Made by a program: the position numbers and the translations under genes. This document shows positions 1-7,427 of a DNA stretch of 10,013 bases, one piece after another. The stretch covers positions 1 through 10,013 of the forward strand of contig JAVZYR010000020.1 in assembly GCA_038999435.1 (NCBI GenBank), written 5' to 3'. Position 1 is the stretch's first letter. Each line of letters opens with the position of its first letter. Source of the DNA: Candidatus Aenigmatarchaeota archaeon. Lineage in GTDB: Archaea; Aenigmatarchaeota; Aenigmatarchaeia; QMZP01. The notes under the pieces were generated by a model. It did not search any database. It was not told the DNA's origin and saw only the letters and a list, made by a program, of their open reading frames with translations.

Positions 1-170
1 AATGCTGTCCTGTTTGCTTTTGGCTTTGAGCCTGGTAAACCAAGACATGTCGGGCATGTTAGTGTGTTTGGTTCAAGCTCACTAAGATTTGCCGGGTTTT
101 GACATGGACAAAAGAGCTTCGTCCTCGTGTTCAACTGTACATGTGTCTCAAGCCCTATCTTTATCTTCAT
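1..170 (-). CDS. gatB: Asp/Glu-tRNA amidotransferase subunit B, N-terminal fragment (runs off the left edge)
   Basis: Manual translation from ATG 170: [56 protein letters not shown]. Matches GatB motifs IGLExHxQL-TxTKxFC and PNTxxCPxCLGLPG. GAGGGAG lies just upstream; ATGA overlap with the GNAT stop. Not in the ORF track. Confidence 0.95.
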   Translation of the reverse strand, partial: MKIKIGLETHVQLNTRTKLFCPCQNPANLSELEPNTLTCPTCLGLPGSKPKANRTA

Positions 171-706
171 ATCTCCCTCACCATTAGAATCTTATCAAGA
201 TATTGCCTTCCTACCTTATAGCCCTTTGGTATCTTTCCATAGATTTTAAAGCCCATCTTTTTGTAAAGCCTAATCGCAACCTTGTTGTCTTCAATCACCC
301 AAAGCCTTACAATCTTTATCCCAATCTTTTTTGCCTCCTTCATTGCCTCTGACATGAGAATCTTTCCGAGCCCGAGCCCGCGAAAGCCATTTGCTACCAT
401 CAATCCCATTGTGCCAACATGCTCGCTGTGATTTGGGAACGGTGGGTTTTTTATAATATCACATCTTCCAACAATCTTTCCCTCATATTCTGCTAGCACA
501 TCTGCCCTTTTGCCTTTACTGATTGCCTTTAAAACAGACTTCAGATACTTTTTCTCTTCATTTATACTCACTGGCTTCATTAGCTCAATCCTTGCCCCTT
601 CCCTCACAATTCCATTAACAAACCTCATCAGCGCCTCTGCATCACTGAACCTTGGCTGTCTGAGCAAAACCCTTTTTCCATTCTTTAACAAAGCATACCT
701 TTTCAT
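167..706 (-). CDS. GNAT family N-acetyltransferase
   Basis: Acetyl-CoA-binding motif A ([11 protein letters not shown]) and motif B ([17 protein letters not shown]), preceded by [13 protein letters not shown] overlaps at both ends. Confidence 0.92.
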   Translation of the reverse strand: MKRYALLKNGKRVLLRQPRFSDAEALMRFVNGIVREGARIELMKPVSINEEKKYLKSVLKAISKGKRADVLAEYEGKIVGRCDIIKNPPFPNHSEHVGTMGLMVANGFRGLGLGKILMSEAMKEAKKIGIKIVRLWVIEDNKVAIRLYKKMGFKIYGKIPKGYKVGRQYLDKILMVREI

Positions 707-2097
707 ATCTCATTCACGATTGGGATATTTGGAACGCGCAATTTTATATTGAACTTTTTTGCCGCTTCAAGCAACAACATATCATCCCAATGATTGCCTA
801 TGAGATGAACACCTACAGGAAGGTTATTATGAAATGTGAATGGCACGTTTAGGTGTGGTAGACCTGCAAGGTTTGGCCCAACAGTTAGTATATCCATCTG
901 ATATTGCTGAAGTGGGCTTAATCCTGCTATCTCAGAGAATTTTGGCGCAATGGTTGGCATTGTAGGAGAAAGGAGCATATCATAGTGCTTTAATATGGTC
1001 TTGAATTCTTTTATAATCTCAGCCCTAACCTGAAGTGCCTTTAGATAATATTTATCCCTATATCCTGCAAGCCGAGCAAATGTACCAAGTATAATCCTCC
1101 TCTTTGCCTCCTCACCAAAATATGCCCCTCTTATTGCTGAAAAATATTCATTGAAATCTCCTGCTATCACACCTTCCTTGCCATATCTCATCCCACAGAA
1201 TTTTGCAAGGTTCGTCGAGGCTTCGCTACAGGCAATGATATAGTATGCTGGTATGTGATATTTCAAAAGCTTCAATGAAACCTCTTCACATTCTGCACCA
1301 TTTCTCTCTAACATTTTTGCAGCATCCCACACAGCATTTTCCACATCATCATCTGCTGCATCAAGGTACTCCTTTGGCAGAGCTACCCTTTTTATCTTTT
1401 TTGGTTTATTCAATTTTGCCTTGGCTGTCGTTGGGTCTCTTTTATCTTTTCCTGCAATGATGTCGAGCATAACCTTTATCCCATCAATATCCCTTGCCAT
1501 GATACCAATCTTATCAAGCGAGTTTGCATAATCTATCAGGCCATATCGAGAGACAAGACCATATGTTGGTGTGAGCCCAAAAACACCACACCATGCAGCA
1601 GGACATGATATCGAACCGCCGGTTGATTGTGCCAGAGCAATGTGCGGCATATCCAGTGCAGCTGTAAGTGCTGCAGTCCCTCCTGATGAGCCACCGCAAA
1701 CACGCTCCATATCCCATGGATTTTTTGGTATGCCATAACCAGAGTTTGTGCAAAATGTGCCAAAGCCAAACTCATCCTGATTCGTCTTGCCAATAATAAA
1801 ACCGCCTTCGGCCTTGACCCTTGCAACTGCTGTTGCATCGTATGGCGGGGCCCATCCCTCAAGTATCTTTGAACCAGCAGATGATTGCATGCCTTTTACA
1901 CATATACAGTCCTTTACAGAAACCGGAAGTCCAGCAAGTTTGCCTTTTGATGTTTTTGGCGCTGAACCCTCATCTGCCATTGTCACAAATATATTCAGCT
2001 TCTTGTCAATCTCCCTTATCTTCTCAAAAAGCCTGTGATAAAATTTTTGCAACTCATCCTGACCCATTCGCCTTTTCAGAAAATCAGCCACATCCAT
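703..2097 (-). CDS. gatA: Asp/Glu-tRNA amidotransferase subunit A (amidase-signature family)
   Basis: Motifs PVSVKD, GKTNQDEF, GGSSGG, TGGSI, EASTNLAKFCGMRYG, FGEEAKRRIILGT and YYLKALQVR; gatB is two genes downstream. Confidence 0.95.
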   Translation of the reverse strand: MDVADFLKRRMGQDELQKFYHRLFEKIREIDKKLNIFVTMADEGSAPKTSKGKLAGLPVSVKDCICVKGMQSSAGSKILEGWAPPYDATAVARVKAEGGFIIGKTNQDEFGFGTFCTNSGYGIPKNPWDMERVCGGSSGGTAALTAALDMPHIALAQSTGGSISCPAAWCGVFGLTPTYGLVSRYGLIDYANSLDKIGIMARDIDGIKVMLDIIAGKDKRDPTTAKAKLNKPKKIKRVALPKEYLDAADDDVENAVWDAAKMLERNGAECEEVSLKLLKYHIPAYYIIACSEASTNLAKFCGMRYGKEGVIAGDFNEYFSAIRGAYFGEEAKRRIILGTFARLAGYRDKYYLKALQVRAEIIKEFKTILKHYDMLLSPTMPTIAPKFSEIAGLSPLQQYQMDILTVGPNLAGLPHLNVPFTFHNNLPVGVHLIGNHWDDMLLLEAAKKFNIKLRVPNIPIVNEI

Positions 2098-2124
2098 ATT
2101 TTTAGTTGCATCATAAAATTAAAT
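2098..2124. promoter_or_regulatory. 27-bp divergent spacer, probably overlapping TATA-type promoters for leaderless gatA and pop5 transcripts
   Basis: AT-rich spacer ATTTTTAGTTGCATCATAAAATTAAAT between head-to-head ATGs (2097 minus, 2125 plus). No SD-like motif for either gene. Confidence 0.5.
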
Positions 2125-2475
2125 ATGAAGTTCAAGGTCCTTCCCAGCACAAGGATTAAAAAAAGATATGTTGCCTTCAAGCTCATCTCTAGTGGGCCTG
2201 TGCAGCTGGCAAATATAAAAGATTCGATTAGGGCAAGTATTATAAAGTGGATTGGAGAAAAAGGATTTGGTGAATCAGGATATAAATTCATATCATGGGA
2301 TGAAAAGCAAAAAATAGGCATTATCAGATGCAACCATACATTTGTCGATGATATTAAAGTTGCACTTGCCCTTGTTCATCAAATAGGTGATGAGCATGTC
2401 ATTTTTGCATCATTCAGGGTCTCTGGAACAATAAAGGGTTTGGGAAAAGAAAAACCAAAGGTTGTGGAAGAGTGA
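2125..2475 (+). CDS. rnp2: Ribonuclease P protein component 2 (Pop5/Rpp14 family)
   Basis: LPSTRIKKRYVAF ... GIIRCNH ... VSGTIKG fits archaeal Pop5 (R/K-RY, GIxR, SGTI). Start moved from 2035 to ATG 2125 because the longer form overlaps gatA. Confidence 0.9.
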   Translation: MKFKVLPSTRIKKRYVAFKLISSGPVQLANIKDSIRASIIKWIGEKGFGESGYKFISWDEKQKIGIIRCNHTFVDDIKVALALVHQIGDEHVIFASFRVSGTIKGLGKEKPKVVEE

Positions 2476-2476
2476 T

Positions 2477-3337
2477 ATGGAATGGTTTTGGCTCTCTCTT
2501 CTTGCTGCATTTCTCTGGTCCATTGTAAATATTATTGATAAACATGTCATTGATAGCGAGCTTAAAGACCCGATATTATGCTCGGTTTCTTATACATCAG
2601 CTGTGTTTTTTGTTTTCCTTTTCTCTTCTCTTTTGCTCAGCAAAGTTGATTTTGGCATCGAATCTCTAATATCTTTTGCAGCAGGGGTTGTTTTTGGTTT
2701 TGCTGTGTATTTTTACTTCAAGGCACTTCGATATGGTGAGATATCAAGGGTTATACCTCTCTCAATGCTCGGCGTTTTATTTGTTGTGATGTTTGCGCTG
2801 ATTTTTTTCGGAGAAAGCCTTAATCTATTAAATTATATTGGCATTGCATCTCTGCTTCTTGGTGCAATATTGATATCGTACAAAAAGGATAGGGCGGGAA
2901 AAAAATTTGTCCTGTTTGGTCTTATCTCAGCGATGCTATTCGCTTTGCGGGATATCTTGACAAAATGGAGTATGGCTGCTTCACCTCTTTCTGTCCTATT
3001 TTGGATAGCCCTTGGAACACTTTTCTATTCTTTGTTTATGATAGCCATTCATCATCCACATCTGAGAAAAAAGATGGTTTCAGGTGTTGAGCACATCTTT
3101 ATCGTGTCCTTTATATCTGCTACAGCACTACTTGTGTTTGTTTTTGCAATGTCTATTGGCCCACTTTCTTTAGTTAGGGTTGCTGCAACATCACAAGGGC
3201 TATTTGTGTTCATTTTGGCATTATTTTTGAGCAAAACACATCCGCATATCATAAAAGAAGAGATGAGGGCAAGTATCATCGAGAGAAAATTGATAGCAAT
3301 ACTTCTCATTATCTTGGGTATAGCATTGATAGCTTAG
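2477..3337 (+). CDS. EamA/DMT family transporter
   Basis: About 10 hydrophobic segments in two repeats: LLAAFLWSIVNIIDK, YFKALRYGEISRVIPL, FFGESL, GPLSLV. Start at ATG 2477, 1 nt after the pop5 stop. Confidence 0.9.
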   Translation: MEWFWLSLLAAFLWSIVNIIDKHVIDSELKDPILCSVSYTSAVFFVFLFSSLLLSKVDFGIESLISFAAGVVFGFAVYFYFKALRYGEISRVIPLSMLGVLFVVMFALIFFGESLNLLNYIGIASLLLGAILISYKKDRAGKKFVLFGLISAMLFALRDILTKWSMAASPLSVLFWIALGTLFYSLFMIAIHHPHLRKKMVSGVEHIFIVSFISATALLVFVFAMSIGPLSLVRVAATSQGLFVFILALFLSKTHPHIIKEEMRASIIERKLIAILLIILGIALIA

Positions 3338-3615
3338 CCTTTTGACTTTTTCTTGAATTCTTCCTCTGCTTCTTCCTCTTTGTGCAGGCCATACAAAAAC
3401 AATTTTATAAGCCAAAAGCCGAGTATACCTCCAAGTAAACCACCAAAAAGATAGGGCCATGGAGAATCGAAAACAAATTCTGTGAACGGTTCATGACCAG
3501 GATAGAATGAGCGGTGTACATCAAAAACAAAAAGTCCCACAAGTGTTAATATTGCAGGTATTGTAATGAATATCGCATCTGCGATCAGCTCATCCTTTGT
3601 TATCCTACCTCTCAT
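3334..3615 (-). CDS. Small two-TM membrane protein with charged C-terminal tail, unknown function
   Basis: Two hydrophobic stretches, the second Gly-rich (LFGGLLGGILG), then an EEEAEEEFKKK tail. Fills the gap between eamA and alba; TTTTATAA lies 20-27 nt upstream. Confidence 0.75.
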   Translation of the reverse strand: MRGRITKDELIADAIFITIPAILTLVGLFVFDVHRSFYPGHEPFTEFVFDSPWPYLFGGLLGGILGFWLIKLFLYGLHKEEEAEEEFKKKSKG

Positions 3616-3634
3616 AAAAATTATTGTAATGTCA

Positions 3635-3642
3635 TTATAAAA
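3635..3642 (-). promoter_or_regulatory. Putative TATA box for the 93-aa membrane protein gene
   Basis: Minus strand reads TTTTATAA 20-27 nt upstream of ATG 3615. No SD, consistent with a leaderless archaeal transcript. Confidence 0.45.
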
Positions 3643-3674
3643 AATAAAAAAAGAAGTAGGCCTTTGACCTACTT
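3639..3674 (-). terminator. Hairpin plus U-tract terminator of alba
   Basis: Minus-strand RNA AAGUAGGUC-AAA-GGCCUACUU (9-bp stem with one U-G pair) followed by CUUUUUUUAUUUUUU. The stem includes the alba stop codon. Confidence 0.7.
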
Positions 3675-3953
3675 TCTAAGAACAATCTCTATTGTTGAAA
3701 CCCTTAGGTTTTCGTTTTCTTTTCCTTTTACCTCTTCTGTTCCTATTGTCACTTCTGTCTTTACGCCTTGCACAAATCTGTTCTTCAGAACCTCAGCCAC
3801 ATCCACTGCTCGGGATATAGCTCGGCCCCGTGCTTTTATTCGAACTTCTTTTGCGCCGTCCGAAAATTGTGTCATTGCTGCAAGGACGTAAGACATTGTT
3901 GGCTTTTTGCCAACAAGTATGACATTTTCGTCAGTTTTTGTTTTTTCTGCCAT
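3669..3953 (-). CDS. albA: DNA/RNA-binding protein Alba
   Basis: Classic Alba motifs [31 protein letters not shown] and VSTIEIVL. Confidence 0.97.
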   Translation of the reverse strand: MAEKTKTDENVILVGKKPTMSYVLAAMTQFSDGAKEVRIKARGRAISRAVDVAEVLKNRFVQGVKTEVTIGTEEVKGKENENLRVSTIEIVLRK

Positions 3954-3958
3954 GCTAG

Positions 3959-3966
3959 CACCTCCT
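3959..3966 (-). promoter_or_regulatory. Strong Shine-Dalgarno for alba
   Basis: AGGAGGTG on the minus strand, 5 nt before ATG 3953. Confidence 0.8.
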
Positions 3967-4015
3967 GTTTTGTTGCTTTATCTTTAATTTATGGTTTGGA
4001 TTTTTAAGCATTTGC

Positions 4016-4630
4016 TCACCTAAGATACCCAAGTTCTTCAATAACTATATATGCCATCATGCCAGCAGCAAAAGTCATTGCAAACGCTTGTGCTGTCTGA
4101 CTTAATCCAAACAAAGCTACATATGTGAGAAATCCACCAATGCAATACGCAACCTGCGTCAAAACCAATGCCTTTAGGGCGTGCATACTTTTCTTTTTTA
4201 AAAGGTATGGAATCGCTACTATTGAACCTTCTGGTATATTATGGATGGCCATAAGTGCTGCAGTCAGAATGCCTACTGCTTTATCTAAAATATAAGCTGA
4301 ACCAAATGCAATGCCTTCTGGTAATTCATGAAAGCACATTGCACAGAATATAAGAAATCCTACCCGTTCAATACCTGTGATATGGCTATGAGGTATGGTT
4401 TTGTTAAGTAACAACATTAGAAATATCCCTGCAAGCATAGATAAAGGCGCCAAATATGTTATCAACGCACCTTCCCATACAAGTTCTGCAATAATCACAG
4501 ACATCATAATCATTTCAACAATCAAAATCCTTTTCACCTGTTTGAATCTCTTTATTACAATCCAAGAAATTAATCCTCCAAGTAGTTGTGATAGCGCAAC
4601 ACCAATTAATAAAAATGTAAATAGTAGCAT
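4016..4630 (-). CDS. ZIP family (ZupT/GufA-like) divalent metal transporter, compact form
   Basis: Paired motifs HELPEGIAFG and AIHNIPEG, an HSH loop and C-terminal FAAGMMAYIVIEEL; highly hydrophobic. Confidence 0.92.
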   Translation of the reverse strand: MLLFTFLLIGVALSQLLGGLISWIVIKRFKQVKRILIVEMIMMSVIIAELVWEGALITYLAPLSMLAGIFLMLLLNKTIPHSHITGIERVGFLIFCAMCFHELPEGIAFGSAYILDKAVGILTAALMAIHNIPEGSIVAIPYLLKKKSMHALKALVLTQVAYCIGGFLTYVALFGLSQTAQAFAMTFAAGMMAYIVIEELGYLR

Positions 4631-4633
4631 AGC

Positions 4634-5632
4634 TCAGCTTTTAACAAGATTGAATGTATAGTTTGCAATAAGTGGGCTGAATGCAATTTCAGTGCCATTG
4701 AAGACAGGATACCTGTCCTGACTCTCTATGACAACCTCTCCAACTGCATCTATTTTATATTCAAAATTGCATTCTACCCTAATCCAACCATTTTCAGAAA
4801 CAGGATATATGCCTGTTATTAAAGGCATAATTTTTACATTTTTAATACCCTTTTTTATCACAATATTACCTTCTTTCTCTTCAATACTTTTTACAAGGTC
4901 TTTTTCATATTCATCAAGTGAATACCCTTCTATCTCAAGCACCTTTTTACACACATCATTTAGATTCTTCATATCTATCCCTTCAAATACAGCCTTTGGA
5001 TATTTCTTTGAATCTTTAGGAAGTCTTTTTGGTAGAGTTGAAATTTTAGATTCAAACCTTGTCCTCTCATCCTGTTCAAAATTTGCAGCATTGGCCTTTG
5101 CAAAGTTAAAAATGCTTAGACATGGCATTTCTATCGTCTTCACTACCAAGCCATCCTTTTCGAGTTTTATATCCTTTGATACAAGTCCGGTTAAAGAGTA
5201 GCTTTTTGAAACCGAAATATTTTCCAAAGGCACAGCAACTACTTTTATATTGTTTTCATTTACATCTGTAATGCTAATTTCGTACTGTGGTAATTTTACT
5301 TGATATCCTTCCATAAATACATAGTCTTCGGATGTGTACACAGCTAAATTTTCTTTTATCCTGTTTTTAATAGATTCCACAAAACTTGTTTCGCTACTTG
5401 GCATTGTCTTCAGCACATCATAGCATGCCTGATAGGTTGAAAAAATTAGGCTTGTTTCAATGTATGCCTTTGCAGCCTTTAAACTATTTAATAATGTATA
5501 TGTATCTTCCTGTAACATCCTTTCTTCTGTTCTTACAAACTTTTCTGCCTGGAATGCAAGCAAAAACATTATTATACCCATCACTACCAAAACAATAAGC
5601 AATATCTCTTGAGCAACACCTCTCATCTTCAT
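4634..5632 (-). CDS. Prepilin-like (class III signal peptide) exported protein, 332 aa
   Basis: MKMRG|VAQEILLIVLVVMGIIMFLLAF N-terminus followed by a soluble domain with 4 Cys. ATGA overlap with the M23 gene. Confidence 0.7.
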   Translation of the reverse strand: MKMRGVAQEILLIVLVVMGIIMFLLAFQAEKFVRTEERMLQEDTYTLLNSLKAAKAYIETSLIFSTYQACYDVLKTMPSSETSFVESIKNRIKENLAVYTSEDYVFMEGYQVKLPQYEISITDVNENNIKVVAVPLENISVSKSYSLTGLVSKDIKLEKDGLVVKTIEMPCLSIFNFAKANAANFEQDERTRFESKISTLPKRLPKDSKKYPKAVFEGIDMKNLNDVCKKVLEIEGYSLDEYEKDLVKSIEEKEGNIVIKKGIKNVKIMPLITGIYPVSENGWIRVECNFEYKIDAVGEVVIESQDRYPVFNGTEIAFSPLIANYTFNLVKS

Positions 5633-6600
5633 GCCATACTCATGGATATTTTGAAATTACCCGGCCGTGCCCCAGGCAAAGGTATCTCAGCACTCCATCT
5701 CCCACCCATACCTGCCTTTCCTTCACCTATACCTAAATATGGTGATGGGTCAACAGCTGCTATTTTCTGCATGCTGTCTTTTCTCAATTCAAAATGCAAA
5801 TGCGGACCTGTTGTTCTGCCTGTATTTCCACTTTTGCCGATCTCTTGGCCTTTGTAAACTTCGTCACCTTCATCTACAGTCACAGAGCTGAGATGCAAAT
5901 AATATGAATAAAAGATATTGCCGTATATATTGTGCTTTAGGATAACATAATTTCCATTTCCATTGTTGCACTTACAACCCTCTTTTTCAGCATCTTCAAG
6001 GCTTGCTTCAAGACAATTAAAGCCGAGGCGCACATTAGGACATCCTGTGCCTACTTCTATTACTTCACCATCTTCAATTGTTTGAACAGTTGTGCCTATC
6101 TCTACTGCAAAATCTATCCCTCTATGCATGTATCCTCTCCATTCACCAAACTCAGAAGTTATCGCTTGTTTTAACTGTTCAGGCTTCATCCTCAATGGTG
6201 GATAAAAGATTATTTTTTCTTTTGGTACTTCTCCACCAAACCCAAATTGCTCAATTGGCACGTATGTACCAGGTGCTAAACCCTCTTTAAAAAGAATGAT
6301 GCTAAAGTACGGGTCTATTTTTTTTGCTGTTTCATTAACAATAGCAATCTCCGATTCATTCCTTCCTGTAACATTTCTTTCCCCTAAAATTTGCATGAAT
6401 GGCTTTCCTTTCTCTGACAAAAGCAAGCTTGTCATCTCAGCACCAGAATCTGCTGATTCTACGTAGATAGTCATAGTTGCCTTTGCCTTTGCATGCACTT
6501 TTTGCAGGCCAACGCCAAGTAAAAAAGAAATCCCAACTATAGCTATGGCTATTATCAAACCAAAGAATACTGTTGCTTGGCCCCTTAATCTATTCTTCAT
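5629..6600 (-). CDS. Prepilin-like protein with M23 family zinc metallopeptidase domain
   Basis: N-terminus MKNRLRG|QATVFFGLIIAIAIVGISFLLG. M23 motifs ITSEFG, HRGIDF (HxxxD), GNYVILKH, YYLHLS, VYKGQEIGKSGNTGRTTGPHLHFE (HxH) and VDP. Confidence 0.92.
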   Translation of the reverse strand: MKNRLRGQATVFFGLIIAIAIVGISFLLGVGLQKVHAKAKATMTIYVESADSGAEMTSLLLSEKGKPFMQILGERNVTGRNESEIAIVNETAKKIDPYFSIILFKEGLAPGTYVPIEQFGFGGEVPKEKIIFYPPLRMKPEQLKQAITSEFGEWRGYMHRGIDFAVEIGTTVQTIEDGEVIEVGTGCPNVRLGFNCLEASLEDAEKEGCKCNNGNGNYVILKHNIYGNIFYSYYLHLSSVTVDEGDEVYKGQEIGKSGNTGRTTGPHLHFELRKDSMQKIAAVDPSPYLGIGEGKAGMGGRWSAEIPLPGARPGNFKISMSMA

Positions 6601-6994
6601 AACCTATCCATAACTTTGCAGGATGAATCTCATTTTCAACTTGTATGCTTGTATACACAACCCTTTCCTCTTTTCCTTCTTTGTCAAATTTCCAAACCTT
6701 TTTTGTGATTATGTCCTGTACCCATGCAAAATCTGCAACAATGTGCGGACAAATATCAGTGATTTTTTTCTTTTCATTCTCATCGAGAAAACTCGAATTT
6801 ATATAATCATTACCCTGTCTTAAACATGCCTCCACTAATCTCTCAGCTGCTATCTTATTTATCTCTGCAGCAACTGTTTTGCTCGAATACTGAAGCTGTA
6901 TAAGATTTGAAAACAATAAAACAACGCTCACTGCAAAAGTGCCAACTACGAGCAGACCAAGGAATACTGTATACATAAGCGAATACATGCCCAT
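6590..6994 (-). CDS. Pilin-like single-TM protein, 134 aa
   Basis: MG|MYSLMYTVFLGLLVVGTFAVSVVLLF, then a predicted helix, a Cys pair and a beta-rich C-terminus. AGGAGG SD 7 nt upstream; 11-nt overlap with the M23 gene. Confidence 0.7.
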   Translation of the reverse strand: MGMYSLMYTVFLGLLVVGTFAVSVVLLFSNLIQLQYSSKTVAAEINKIAAERLVEACLRQGNDYINSSFLDENEKKKITDICPHIVADFAWVQDIITKKVWKFDKEGKEERVVYTSIQVENEIHPAKLWIGYEE

Positions 6995-7013
6995 TTTTAT
7001 TCCTCCTTATATT

Positions 7014-7427
7014 TCATGCCACGACACCTATGCCTGGTTTTAAACTTATGCCTCCTTCTGACTTTTCTATCCTAAGCTGCCTTATGTTTTTAAATTCCTT
7101 TTCTCCACCCATATCAAGCATTATGGATGCAGGGTCGGATTTTATTTTTTCATGCATAACCCTAACCTGATATCTTTTCTGAAGTATACCTGCCATCTCT
7201 ATTTTGACATCCCATTCTGCTGCAAACACCAGTGTGGCATTTCCTTTTTCAACACCACCAAGTCCATTTATGCTCAGCGCAATCACACGGGCAAGCGCAT
7301 CTGCCTGCTCCTTGCCATAGACCTGTGCAGTTGGCACAAAAATCCTTGGTATGATGAGCACAAGCACAACAAGGGCCATACCTATTGCAAATATTGCTTC
7401 AACCATTACAGAAACAGCTGCTTTCAT
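7014..7427 (-). CDS. Prepilin-like (class III signal peptide) protein, 137 aa
   Basis: MKA|AVSVMVEAIFAIGMALVVLVLII, then a predicted helix (QADALARVIALSINGL) and beta-rich C-terminus. ATGA overlap with the upstream gene. Confidence 0.72.
   Translation of the reverse strand: MKAAVSVMVEAIFAIGMALVVLVLIIPRIFVPTAQVYGKEQADALARVIALSINGLGGVEKGNATLVFAAEWDVKIEMAGILQKRYQVRVMHEKIKSDPASIMLDMGGEKEFKNIRQLRIEKSEGGISLKPGIGVVA

Noticed and set aside
368..380. Short tandem repeat CGAGCCCGAGCCC
   Set aside because: It simply encodes the GLGLG part of GNAT motif A.
2035..2124. Longer N-terminus for Pop5 given in the ORF track
   Set aside because: It overlaps gatA on the opposite strand, and the family-like sequence begins at ATG 2125.
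3590..3615. MRG start of the 93-aa protein as a class III signal
   Set aside because: It is followed by charged RITKDE rather than a hydrophobic helix, and the protein has two TM segments.
3669..3953. Alba K16 (GKKP) as the substrate of the nearby GNAT
   Set aside because: The genes are 3 kb apart in different transcription units. The lysine is general to Alba proteins, so proximity is not evidence.
6997..7017. Mini-ORF MKYKEE* starting at an ATGA overlap, or a frameshifted leader for the 134-aa gene
   Set aside because: Only 6 codons, and the AGGAGG inside it is adequately explained as the SD for ATG 6994.
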